Part shown: in pieces, positions 50,606-62,995 of the stretch | Layout: each line of letters opens with the position of its first letter | How positions within the stretch are numbered: position 1 is the stretch's first letter | Source of the DNA: Octopus sinensis | Lineage: Eukaryota | Assembly (NCBI RefSeq): GCF_006345805.1 | Contig: NC_043011.1 | Coordinates: forward strand, 2,666,001 to 2,730,000 | Direction: 5' to 3' | Length of the DNA: 64,000 nucleotides | Program-made: the position numbers and the translations under genes | The notes under the pieces: model-generated | Told to the model about the DNA's origin: nothing | The model's database searches: none | What the model saw: only the letters and a program-made list of their open reading frames with translations

Positions 50606-50831
50606 GTACGTGTGTGTGTTTGTATGTCTGTGTTTGTCCCCCACCAACCATCGCTTAACAACCGATGGTGGTGTGTCTACATCCCTCATAACCTAGCGGT
50701 TTGGCAAAAGTGACCGATAGAATAAGTACTAGGCTTACAAAGAATAAGTCCTGAGGTTGATTTATTCGACTAAAGGTGGTGCTCCAGCATGGCTGCAGTC
50801 AAATGACTGAAACAAATAAAAGGATAAAAGA
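50355..50831 (+). mobile_element. SINE family A, full-length
   Basis: Complete copy with an expanded internal (TA)n. Confidence 0.9.
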
Positions 50832-51008
50832 ATGTAATGGAAATTCAGGGCTCAGAATGGTAGAATATTCTTAAGTATTCTTAAGAAGAAAAATAAACTT
50901 AAAATATTGTTGTTGAAGTTAGAATTTAAAAACTAAAATAATAATAAATGTCCTTTTATATTTTTTATTTTTACATAAAAGTTTAAATTAAAATACTCAA
51001 GAATAGGT

Positions 51009-51362
51009 GCAAGCATGGCTGTGTGGTAAGAAGCTTGCTTTCCAACTGCATGGTTTGGTGTTCAGTCCCACAGCATTGCACCTTGGGCAAGTGTCTTCTG
51101 CCTCAGACCAATTAAACCTTGTGAGTGGATTTGGTAGGTGGAAGCCCGTCGTATATCCTTTTGTGTGTGTTTGTTCCCCAAACATCATCCGACAACTGAT
51201 GTTTATGTGTCTAAATCCCCGTAACATTAGTGGTTTGGCAAAAGAAACCGATAGAATAACTGCTAGGTTTATAAAGAATAAGTCCTGGGTTCAATTTCTT
51301 CATCTAAAATCCCTTTAGGGTGGTGTTGTAGCATGTCTGCAGTCAAATCACTGAAACAAGTG
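51009..51362 (+). mobile_element. SINE family A (diverged)
   Basis: Head, core and tail all recognisable. Confidence 0.85.
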
Positions 51363-51883
51363 AGAGAAAATCATATTTTTTCAATCTTTCATCAAAAAAG
51401 TTTACCCATTAAAAATTTAATATTACAAATTTAGTGCTTTATATATTCAAAAAAATCACACATCAGTAAGTTAAACAAAACTGACAATGTATTATAACCA
51501 TTAAGTCTATTTTTAAAAACTGAGAGCCATTTCTGCATTTTGCACTCAATTTGGTCATTAGCTTTCATTTTTTTAAATATTCTGATTGTGAATAGAAAAT
51601 GCTTTGTTATCTGATCATGCAAACATTAAGAAGTTAATTCTTTTGTTTCTTAAAAATTTATTTTTACTTTTCTTACTCTTATTTTTGAATTACATATATT
51701 CTGCTTGAGTTTAATTTTAACACAATATCTGTGATTTAAAAGTTTTGGATACTGAGTTAAGAAAATAAAATAAAAAATAATACAATACTAAAAGCAAGAT
51801 AAAAATGTCTTGGCTTAATACAAAGAGATTTTTAAATCAAAAATGTTTACTTATATCTTTAAAATGCAATAAAAAGTATATGC

Positions 51884-51935
<52 letters not shown>

Positions 51936-52261
51936 AGAAGTGCACACTGTGATGAACAATTTCAGAAATATATTTAGTAATTTCAAAATTCAGCAGCAAT
52001 ATTTTCAATCTTTTTACCTTCTTGTCCTGTACTTTTCCAGGTTCAAAACTTAGAAATATTCTAGCATTCTGCACCCATATTTTTCATTCCAGTACATATA
52101 TTTTTCATCTTTCACTTGTTTTTCTCAACACTCTTATAAAATAATTTAGGGAGGTTCCTAATTTGGAGAGAAAAAGGTGGATTGAACCAAATTATATCCC
52201 GTTTCCTAGATTTCTTATTATCATTTTTATTAGTAGTAACAATACATACACACATATATAT

Positions 52262-52560
52262 AGTTGAAATTTACAGAGAAACAAAAGACAAAGACAGGTG
52301 TATGAACATCAAGCAGCTGTATAAATGAAAAAGTCTTTTACGTTTCGAACCTATGCTCTTCAACAGAAAGGAATAAGAGAAAATAAACAGAGAGAGAATA
52401 AATAAAACTTGTGTATTTATTGGTTGAGCATGGTGACTGATAAGAAAAATGGGTTTGATAGGAGTGGTTGAAAGAAGGGGAAATAATAAAGTATTGGTGA
52501 TCCAAAAACGAGGGTGCATGTGTGTGTGTGAGAATGTGCAAGTTGGTGTGTGTGTGGATA
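52262..52560 (-). mobile_element. PLE-type 3' UTR element with a variant hammerhead (same family as 22050-22350)
   Basis: Direct homology; adjacent 52575-52830 may be a very decayed GIY-YIG C-terminus (KYINK...LN). Confidence 0.75.
52335..52370 (-). ncRNA. Hammerhead-like motif with CUGUUGA core
   Basis: CTTT CTGTTGA A GAGC-atag-GTTC GAA ACGT A AAAG. Confidence 0.6.
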
Positions 52561-53091
52561 TACGCGGTAATCACAATTCAGTTTAAATGGCTTATTGATG
52601 TATTTTGTTTCCCTTTTTCCCCTGATAAGATGATTGCATTGTTTTACATCATTTTTATTCCCTCCAGTAATATCTCAATGCCTTCTTTGAAACATATGTT
52701 GGAAGTATAAATGATTTGAATAACACCTGTGTTTGATTCCATTTTTACTTTATCCATATTATACAAAAGCATTTCACTTCACCCTGGAATTTCTATCTTT
52801 ATAAGTAGATTTAAATGTCCTTGGCACTTAAGTGAATTTTTGCTACCCTGGTAACTATTTATTTATTTTTCTTGTTATTTGAACACACATATATACACAC
52901 ATATATACATATAACAGTGATAGAAAATGGAAACAAACACACAAGATATTATTTAAATCATTTACATCATCATATCACGACATATGTTTCAATTGATGCA
53001 TTAAAGTGTGATTACTAATTTCGTAGGTGCTTATATGACATTTTGCTACCCTGTAACCATTTGTCAGGATTTTCCTTGTGAGTTGAACATT

Positions 53092-53129
<38 letters not shown>

Positions 53130-53189
53130 CAGCAGGTTTTTCATTATTAAAACCTGCAACTGGAATAGTTACTGCAAATAGATACCTTT

Positions 53190-54105
53190 AATATTAATGC
53201 CACTCTTAAGGATATACATATTCCCCCAAGATACGTATTCCTTAAACAGCTCATTAATAAATCCAACTCTTTCGTTAATCATATCAGATGGCAAGCTTTC
53301 TTCTTCAATAATAAGGATATTAAACAACCCTTTAATGACAAAAATTCTGAATTTAGTAAATTGTTCAAATCTAGAAATAATCTGGTCTATTGTTAAGAAT
53401 GTTAAATTCCGTTGTTCCCCCTTAAGGAATAAACATCTGAGATATCTACATCATATTACCAGGGAAATAAGCAGCAGGGAAGGCCTATTTGTTCAATTGG
53501 ATAAAACTGGTAATCTGTATCACTTAAACATGGATTATTACTTAAAATTCACAGGAAAGACAAGCAAAAGTGGCTGTGTGGTAAGTAGCTTGTTTACCAA
53601 CCACATGGTTCTGGGTTCAGTCCCACTGCGTGGCACCTTGGGCAAGTGTCTTCTGCTATAGCCTCGGGCCAACCAAAGCCTTGTGAGTGGATTTGGTAGA
53701 CGGAAACTGAAAGAAGCCCGTCGTATATATGTATATATATATATGCGTGTGTGTGTTTGTGTTTGTCCCCCTAGCATTGCTTGACAACCGATGCTGGTGT
53801 GTTTATGTCCCCTGTCACTTAGCGGTTTGGCAAAAGAGACTGATAGAATAAGTACTAGGCTTATAAAGAATAAGTCCCAGGGTCGAGTTGCTTGATTAAA
53901 GGTGGTGCTCCAGCATGGCCGCAGTCAAATGACTGAAACAAGTAAAAGAGTAAAAGATTAAAAGACTACTGCTAAAAATGCTATCAGTAAAGCTAACCTG
54001 GAAGCTAAGAAAATTATGGAAAAATATAACTTACAAGTGAAGACTGAACCTTTAAATTCAAAGCAAGCCCATATTATTTTAGAGGACCACAAACCTAACT
54101 TCTTG
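53190..54105 (+). mobile_element. Penelope-like element N-terminal fragment, interrupted by a SINE
   Basis: LKDIHIP...LINKSNSFVNHIRWQAFFF; VKNVKFR; LFVQLDKTGNLY; resumes after the SINE with ...AHIILEDHKPNF. Confidence 0.8.
53570..53957 (+). mobile_element. SINE family A nested in the PLE fragment
   Basis: Complete copy splitting contiguous PLE coding sequence. Confidence 0.9.
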
Positions 54106-54264
54106 CACACATATATATACATGCAAAAATATTTATATATACATACATACATACAAAAAAATATATATAGCATACATATAAATATATATATATATATATA
54201 TATAACATAGATATAAATATAATATAGATATAAATATATATAGACATACAAGTATATATATATA

Positions 54265-54960
54265 TTAAGGAAGAAAAGAGCTCATGGTTCTGTACCAGCA
54301 CACCGAGCAGGAACACGGGGGCTCACTCAACAACATAGAAGTTAAAATCTTGTCCACACATAGAACAGACGCAACAATTAGACAAATTACAGAAGCTATA
54401 CACATAATAGAATATAAACCTAGCCTGAATAGGAAACTGGAATGGAACACTAGCACCACCCCACCAACACACCACAACATATGACAGAATAAGATCCCCA
54501 TAAACTGATAACGATATAAGCAAAACTAAAAACATAATAAAATACACAGATAAACAATTGAAATTAAATAACTATATACATTAACAAAATTCAAAAAAAA
54601 ATTTTAATTAATGCAAAAACAAAAAAAAAGTAGGTGTAAACACATGAACAAAATAAACAAAAACAAATTACACAAACGTGTATAAACAGGAGATACAAAT
54701 ATTACAGGCCCTCCCCCCCCACACACACACTAACTAAACATAGACACACATAGGGGTATACGCATGCGCAAATAAAGACACATACAAAAGGAATACAAAA
54801 TGGCTGACTGTTAGTAAGGAGAGACACACAATTAAGAAAGAAGAAAGCAAAGGACCACTGATGAGGTCACAGAAGTGTGACGAAAGAACTCTGGCCAAAA
54901 TAAGATTAAGATTAATGTAAAATATAAATAAAGCTGAAGCAAATTAACACCAAATATATA
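54265..54960 (+). mobile_element. Penelope-like 3' end: GIY-YIG C-terminus plus UTR with hammerhead
   Basis: HTEQEHGGSLNNIEVKILSTH...IRQITEAIHIIEYKPSLNRKLEW is similar to 25950-26087; HHR and AATAAA downstream. Confidence 0.8.
54855..54894 (+). ncRNA. Minimal type I hammerhead ribozyme
   Basis: CCA CTGATGA G GTCAC-agaagt-GTGAC GAA AGAACT C TGG. Confidence 0.75.
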
Positions 54961-55013
54961 GTGTGTGTGTTTTTATTGGCTAAACTGGCAAAATGACCAT
55001 TCCTAAATACAAC

Positions 55014-55059
<46 letters not shown>

Positions 55060-55149
55060 CACACATACATACATATATGTAACACATGGTATGATTATAA
55101 ACAGAGCAAATTTTAGCTATATCTCTGCTGACTGAAAAAATGATTAACA

Positions 55150-55192
55150 ACCTTAATCGATTTTCAAACCTTATTGGGTTCTCATCAGAGGT
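55150..55192 (-). ncRNA. Minimal type I hammerhead ribozyme (intact-looking)
   Basis: ACCT CTGATGA GAACC-caataa-GGTTT GAA AATCGATT A AGGT; canonical core, 8-nt palindromic helix III, UUA site. Confidence 0.8.
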
Positions 55193-55389
55193 GTCTGCAA
55201 CATTCTGACAGTCTCCAGAGAAACAAGCAGCAAAAACTGTTTATATACTCAACAAATGCAGCAGTTACTCTATGAAGGAATCCCTAACTTGCATACCGAA
55301 AGTGTTTAACACTCTATTGACAGGGATCTTAGTCCACACCGTATCAAGGTATGATATAATAGATATGTAACATATAGTAAAATATAATG

Positions 55390-55545
55390 AATTTTGAGTG
55401 AGGAATTGTGAATGAAACGAGTTGCAGCAAAATTTGTGCTTCACTTGCTGATGGAAAATCAAAAACAGTCACTGCTGAATACATGTCATGAACTGAAAGA
55501 ACAATTGGAATTTGATCTGTCCCTTTTTTCGAAGGTCATCTCTAT
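55390..55545 (+). mobile_element. Mariner transposase fragment
   Basis: MKRVAAKFVLHLLMENQK...CHEL...D...FSKVIS resembles the WVPxxL region preceding the first catalytic Asp. Confidence 0.7.
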
Positions 55546-57840
55546 CCTTGTGCATATGGCTGAAAGTAAATCATTAAATTTTCAAAAATCCCTACAAGGT
55601 TTATATAAACATTTCTAGAAATAGCATATATCACTCTCTGTCTTTAATGAAACCTTCTTTGATATTTGATTAGTCAGAGGAATGATGTATTCCACTCTAA
55701 AGCCAGTAACTCATCATATATTACTAATGACTTGTTACTGACAAGATAAGACTGAAACTCTACAGAGATTCTACTTGTGCTTTTATGACAGGAATGTTTG
55801 GAATGGTAATCAGCCAAGCAGGAAAGAAGTATTTTGCTGATTTCTTTCACTTGTAAATAAAATGAATGATTTAAGATGGAATTATTTTAACAGAAATGAA
55901 AAGAAAACTTTTGGTTGCCAAGTGCACTGGCATAAGTGCAACACTTATTACAAAAAGCTTTGTATTATGTACTTAAAGCATTAATCTGCTTTCCCTATTT
56001 AACCTGGTCATTCTCTTTCTCATTAAAATTTGGGATGGATGTAGCTGTAAAAATCACTGCTCAATTAAAAATTCTCTCCTCTATGCAAACATAAGATGAT
56101 GAAAAACTAATTTTAGTTATGACTTGTTTGTATCTATGTTGGGATACTAGTTTCAGTGTTTGATTGCACAACTGTTTCCATTTTTCCTTTATGTATAATT
56201 TGATCTAATAATCAATCAGTAAGTGGACTGAATCTGAACAAGTATTTTTTTCTTTACAATTGTTGTCTCTATTTTCTCATACACACTGTGTCTTCACTCA
56301 TAATTATAATTACTATTTCTCATCGTCTACAATAAAACTGAACCTCTACCTCAAAAACAATTTAAAGTACCTTCCTCTCCCTCTTTTCATTACTCGAAGT
56401 TTTCAAATTTTTCTGGTCCTATTTCCCCACAAATCCACCTCTCATGAATTTCCATCTTATTTACATTTCACTGTCAGTATCAAGGTGTTCTGAATGATCA
56501 TTAGCCACAGGTAAGCTCACCTTGAATTTTCCCTCTCTTCTTTCTGAAGAAGTAAAATTGAAAGAAACAGGTATATATCAATTTTCATCCAGTTAAGCAT
56601 AATACTTGGATTTTCCTCAGCTTAACTCTACTTGATCAGCTGTATAAGCAATTAATAACTAATCTTTAATTTATTAATAGTAACTGCTTATTAGTGATAG
56701 TAATCTATTGCTAATAGTAATAAATTGACAGAAAGTAAATTAGAATAAAGTCTAACTCAAAGATGTAGTCCTATATATAGACTATAGCTACTCAGGATTA
56801 AGCTGTGATAGAAATTCACATGTTTTCCAGTCTTGAGGTTGATATTGTATGTATTCTCGTACATTTTCTTAGATATTCATTGCTTGTAAATCTTATTGAA
56901 ATGTTGTTGACAAGAATCAAGCTGGAGAATATAAATAACTACTAGATATTCAGGGCAGAAATTTGATTTAGCTTTAAGCTAATATACTGACTTTAGCTGT
57001 TTCTGTTGCTGCTACTGTCAAACACAATTTACTCGATAAAATATAGAAGTGTAACTATATTGCCAGTTCAAGTTAGCTCAATGTAACAAGCCTTAGGTCT
57101 TATTAACCTTATTCGTCTTTATTTTCTGAAAGTGAGTGAGAGAGTTTCAAATCATGGTGTATAGATTTCATTAATTTGTCTCTTCCATTATCACCATCTT
57201 TCCATCATGGATTCAGTGTATATTTGGGAATATTCAATAGCTAAGTTACTTTCTATAATTACCAGAACAAGTTAGAACAATGGAATTACTGTATTCAAAT
57301 GATGAATCAAATGATATTATCTAAAGAGGTAATGAATAAAAGGTGATGTATGTGAAGTGTCTTAGAGAGCAAAGTTCACTATTTGAGAAATATTCATCAA
57401 ACAAACTTTATCATATTTATTGAGGACTAACGTAGTGAAATGTTGAGTTACAATTAAATAAAAATGACAAGAATAGATTATATAATATGTAAGCTTTAAA
57501 TAGTGTATAAATATAGAATGCTATAGAAGAACTAGCATTATCAATATCAAAATTGCAACTATTAACCTGCAAAATTAGAAATTAAGTGAAGGTATCTTTC
57601 AATAACTCTAGCAGTTTCAGAAATATTGATTAAATATGCACGTTGCCTTATTGGATGCAAACAATTGTGAGCTAAAAACATAAATACTTTTTAACATATT
57701 TCTATTTCCCTTAAAATGGATCCATTTTCCTATCAAAACGGATGCATTAGAATAAACAGAAAAAATGGTGTTTCTCTGTTATTGCTAGCTGTACAAGAAA
57801 TAATACACTTATCTTCTAATCACTCTCTACTATCTAAAAT

Positions 57841-58142
57841 CATCATCATCATCATCATCGTTTAACGTTCGCTTTCCATGCTAGCATGGGTTGGATGGTT
57901 CAACTGGGGTCTGGGAAGCCAGAAGGCTGCATCAGGCCCAGTCTGATCTGGCAATGTTTCTACAGCTGGATGCTCTTCCTAATGCCAACCATTCTGTGAG
58001 TGTAGTGGGTGCTTTTTATGTGCCACCGGCACAGGTGCCAGACAAGGCTGGCAAACGGCCACGATTGGATGGTGCTTTTTATGTTCCACCAGCACGGAGG
58101 CCAGGCGAGGCTGGCAACGCCCACGATCGGATGGTGCTTTTT
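57841..58142 (-). mobile_element. RTE-type LINE 3' UTR fragment with 2 or more tandem units
   Basis: (CAT)n start and the same motifs as 47620-47979. Confidence 0.85.
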
Positions 58143-58814
58143 AATGACATTTTCATGGTAAAAGTAACAATATAGGATAGAAGTGTCAAACCAATGTGAA
58201 GTCCAAATGTAGTAATTTGATTTGCTTGAAATAGCAAATAAATCTCCTTCAGATTACATCCTTCTATATATAAGGACGAACACATTAAGTAATGTAATCT
58301 TACGTATGTTTAAAAAGATATGGTGGTCATGGAAGGAAGCTTGGTGGCTATAGGTCTACTCTCTGAATGTTGAACTGGAGTTAAGCACAACAGTATAGAC
58401 CATCTAGATCATGTGGAAATTAAGTGCAATATATTCATCCCTATTAAAATCGATGAAGTCAGTTCGTTGCTTCTCACCTCTGGTACAATTACAACAAGAA
58501 CCTACCTGAACCAGGTGAGAACAGCTGTATGCTTACTGAAGCTGCTAGAAACATCATCCAAATCTCATCTGAAGAAAGAGCAGGATGCGATCTGAAGGAA
58601 ATTTGGTTAATATTTCAAACTGGTTGGGTGATTATAGAGGTTTTTGTTTGGCTTGATATTTCCATGTTGTTACTTTTGCTAGTGGAGAAGTTATAAGTAA
58701 CTTGGTTTTAGTTAGTAATGTGGGATCTGAAGAAAATTTGGCTGTTATTTCAAGTATGTTAAGCAATCACATGGAGACATTCATCATTGTAAATAAAGGA
58801 CACATTAGACAACA

Positions 58815-59285
58815 TCTATATATCCGCTCAGTCGAAGTTAACTCTCGATTACTCCATGGATCAGTGTCCTCCAGTCAGTTCTATCCTGGGCCACTTCTTT
58901 CAGATTGGCTATGTCCATTCTGGTATCACTCTTGATGGTGTCAAGCCAGCGGGTTCTTGGTCGGCCTCTTTCTCTCTTGCCACTGACCATTCCGAGCATG
59001 ATGTCCTTCTCCAGGGATTTTCTCCGCATAATATGACCAAAATATGCCAATCTATGCTTGGTTATCCTAGCTTCTAGCGACATTTTCGGTCTGATCTGCT
59101 TAAGAACTTCTCCATTGGTGAGCCTCACTGTCCATGGAATCCGTAAAAGTCTTCTCCAACATCAAAGCTGGAATGCATTAATTCTCTTCTGGTCAGCTTT
59201 CTTTAGTGTCCAGGTCTCACATCCATATGTTGCCATTGGGAAGACAATTGCATTCACCAATCTGCATTTGGTAGACAACATACTT
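58815..59285 (-). mobile_element. RTE-clade (BovB-like) LINE ORF 3' end
   Basis: TKCRLVNAIVFPMATYGCETWTLKKAD..RINAF..CWRRLLRIPWT...RLAYFGHIMRR..LEKDIMLG...RGRPRTRWLD. Confidence 0.9.
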
Positions 59286-59393
59286 CTTAATAAATATAAA
59301 AATACAAGATGACTAGTAATTATGATAGGAACAAATATTAGCATAAGCTCAAGCAGGAATGATGTAAGGCATAACAATAACAGTATACACAGG

Positions 59394-59608
59394 AAGGTGG
59401 CCAGCTAACAGAAATGTTAGCACACCGGACGAAATACTTAGTGGTATTTCGTCAGTCTTTATGTTCTGAGTTCAAAATCTGCCGAGCTCAACTTTGCCTT
59501 TCGACCTTTCGGGGTCGATAAATTTAGTACCAGTTGTGTACTGGGGTAGATCTAATCGACTGGCCCCCTCCCCCAAAATTTCGGGTCTTTTGCCTAGACT
59601 AGAAAAGA
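59394..59608 (+). mobile_element. SINE family B, alternative tail
   Basis: Family B head and core, then CCCCCTCCCCCAAAATTTCGGGTCTTTTGCCTAG. Confidence 0.85.
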
Positions 59609-59665
59609 GTATACACAGGAACTAGCTGGATAGTGGGAAAAAATGTAACATAATACACTGCTTTA

Positions 59666-60003
59666 TCTCTCTATATATAAACGGCAAAATGTCTGTCTGT
59701 CTGTGTGTGTGTCCCTTATAAAAATCCACAATTTTTCAGTTAGAGGGCTGGCACTTTCTATGTTCATTCAAAAACCTTCCAAGGGTGGTCGTGCACATCC
59801 TTACACTTCCCCAGTCACCCTGCAAAGCCATTAAAAAATCAATAGAAGTGACTTTTTTGTGAATTTTCTATCCAAAACCCAATCAAAATGCCCAAAACTT
59901 GATATGCCAATTGAATGCCAGCTAGCTGTATGTGATTGGTCGGAGATTTGGACAGTACTCACGTGTATGTGTGCATGCACGCAGCTGTATATGCATGCAC
60001 TAG
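59666..60003 (+). mobile_element. Non-autonomous Helitron-like element
   Basis: A|TCTCTCTATATATAAA start, (TGTC)n, terminal hairpin GTGCATGCA/TGCATGCAC and CTAG|T. Confidence 0.65.
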
Positions 60004-60399
60004 TCTGTATTAAATGCCATGACCACTGAATGTTGGAATCTTGATTCTCATCCTGGTGAGAATGGTATATCTTGAAAAACTGGATTACTCAATCATGGGC
60101 TGATAGGAGCTGTCCAGCAACAATAACAAATAAAAGTAGCTGAATTTAATAATTCAAAAATAGATTTGTGAGGGGAAATGCTAAATGATTATCAGACATT
60201 AGGAAGCTGATATTATAGAAACCGGTCCTCATCAACTAAACCTTTTATTGTTTGAGACCAACCCATCTTTTCTTTTTTTTCAGACATAGTGTACATAAGT
60301 AATGCATTAACAGATGCTGCAGAGGAAATCTCTTGCAGCAGTTATTCTGGATCTTAGTGTTCAAAGTTTAGATCCTGTCAGAGTCAAATTTGTTCTTCC

Positions 60400-60913
60400 A
60401 GCGGTTGAGGGAACCTGTGGAAGAGGCAGACCCAGGAAAACCTGGGACGAGGTGATGAAGCACGACCTTTGAACTTTAGGTCTCACTGAGGAAATGACTA
60501 GAGACGGAGACCTCTGGAAGTATGCTGTGCGTGAGAAGACCCAGCAGGACAAGTGAGACCATAACCCGTGGCCTTCTACTCAGGATGTAGCCAGTCCACT
60601 TACGCATACCTTCCCTTCTTGGGACACAAAACTCTACTTGTGAAGACCTGTTGAGGTAAGTGAGAATCGAAATCAGAATCAAAATCGATCAATGGAAATT
60701 GCAGATGAGATACCAGTGCCGTGGCATGTAAAAAGCACCCACTACACTCATGGAGTGGTTGGCGTTAGGAAGGGCATCCAGCCGTAGAAACATTGCCAGA
60801 TCAGACTGGGCCTGGTGCAGCCTTTTGGCTTCCCAGACCCCAGTTGAACCGTCCAACCCATGCTAGCTTGGAAAGCGGACGCTAAACGATGATGATGATG
60901 ATGATGATGATGA
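60400..60913 (+). mobile_element. RTE-type LINE 3' end: ORF C-terminus, 3' UTR and (GAT)n tail
   Basis: VEGTCGRGRPRKTWDEVMKHDL*TLGLTEEMTRDGDLWKYAV, followed by the UTR shared with four shorter copies. Confidence 0.9.
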
Positions 60914-62776
60914 GGATCTTTTATTGGTCAATAAGTAAAGTACTATTCTATGGCAGAAAGCTAGTAGAACGATAACAGTGCCAAATGATTTAAAGTATTT
61001 CTTTCAGCTCAGCTCTTTGAATTTTGAGTTCAAATTCCACTGCTGCATACTAGTCACTAGGAAGAGAATTTGAAACTTCTACAATTAAGCATAGATAGTA
61101 TAGAGTGATCCAGGATATTCAAGATGCTGAGGGCAAATAATATTTAATGATGATGATGTATCTAGGTTCAATTTATCCAATATGTCTGTTTTATTTTCTT
61201 AATCTGTAGGGTGTGATTTCAGGAAAATTTGTCTTATTTCCAACAATGCTAAAGATAATGTCTCCATTATTGATTCATGTAAATTCTAATTCATTGGCTT
61301 GAAAACTAAGCAGTTATAATTGTAGACAGAATCAAAGATAATTAGAACTGTGACTGCTTACCAACCTGCGCATCGTTGCCCGAGAATTAAAATGGCGAAT
61401 GATACTAACCTGCCCAAATCTGGCCGTAATAACCTGGTCATATCTGAATGAGAATTTCAGTGCAAATCTCGCTAGTACATTCACAAAAACACGTAGTTTC
61501 ATTTTGTAAAGAATTGAGTTTACAGAGTCGGACATTATTTTACACTAGCTGGCACCGTGTCATCAAAAATGACTGCCAATAGCAGTATTTTATATATATA
61601 AATATGGATGGTAAATCAAATTAATACACTTGTTAATGTTATCTAGTGGTTGAATTTTGAGATGTGATATTGACCATCGTTTGTTACTGAAAGGACACTG
61701 GTCCACATACAAACATTCACATACTTTCCTTGTACACACACATACACACATATATGCAGAGTTGAAAAGCTGTTTGATTTTTCTTTTCAGCATTGAATGT
61801 TCACCATCCCACTTCTATTGCACACATGCACATACCCACACACAAACATTCACATACCTCCCTTTTACGTACACACACATATACTCACTCAGAGTTGAAA
61901 CACTCCCACTACCAGTTTGCCATCACCCCTTCCTATCTCATTCATATGTTGTGACAGAGAAACACAAGTGTATTATTATAGTAGATGCTATCTATGCACT
62001 GCAAATTTTTGGAGGTATTTCTTTCCATTTTTTTCCCACTTCAGTTTTCTGAAATGTTTTATTACAGATGAAAACTGGATCCCAGTTTCATGTTGTCAAG
62101 CAATGAGTTTGAATTTGATGTATTTTTGAAAGAAGACAGAAAAATCAAAGAAAATATACAGCAAACATAAAACCAATGTGTGCAATTATGAAGAGGATAT
62201 TTTTTCTCGAACAAGAAGCAATTCTAACGGTTCAATTAGCAGGAGGTGGGGAGTGGGGATTTATACTTGAATATAGTAAGAATTTAAGAGCTGTTTTTAT
62301 TGGTTATTTTTAGGCTAATCAACTCCAATATGCCCTAATAGAACTTGGTATCACTACATTATCAAGAACGTAAAGAAAGAAAGAAAGAAAAAAGAAAGAA
62401 AAAAGAAAAGAAAGAAAAATATCTGAGATTTCCCTACGTACTTGGAAGAAAGTTAAGAATATTGTGCGTGAATATAATGTAAATGTATATATATGTGTAA
62501 AAGTTTGTATGAATTTGATATTTCTGTTTTTCAAAAGAAACGATTGTTAACAGTTCTGAGAGTGGAGGGAAAAAAAGAATTTTGTACCTGAATATAGTAA
62601 GAATTTAAAATCTACTTTTATTAGTTATTTTTAGGGAGATACTAGATGTACTCCTGACCCTTTGGATCACGACCACTCAAAACTGAAAATGTTGATGTGC
62701 AACACCAAAGGAAAAAGTAATATTTTAGTTAAAATGGTAATTTTTATCATGTTAATCAAAGGGCAGTTTATTTTAA

Positions 62777-62995
62777 CCCTTTCGTTACCATATTTCTGTT
62801 GAGATGCTCTGTATTTCTTTCAATTACTTTAAATATAACAAAGAATTTAGTAAAATAACTTAGTTATCATTCAGCTAGTGTTAGGAACATAAATTGTGAC
62901 TAAGGTTTGGTGAAGATTTTAATTCAAAACTTATGAAAACAAGACATTTGTACTCAGAGCCAGAGCCGGTTTCAGCCGGGTTGGTAACGAAAGGG
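62777..62995. mobile_element. piggyBac-type MITE
   Basis: Perfect 14-bp TIR CCCTTTCGTTACCA/TGGTAACGAAAGGG; TTAA on the left, TAA on the right. Confidence 0.8.

Noticed and set aside
60178-60232. CTAAATGA-TATCAG..CTGATA..GAA ACCGGT C hammerhead remnant
   Set aside because: Core and helix I are broken; counted only as a decayed remnant, not annotated as a ribozyme
61335-61585. Possible Helitron 3' end (CTAG plus hairpin)
   Set aside because: No matching 5' TC terminus identified
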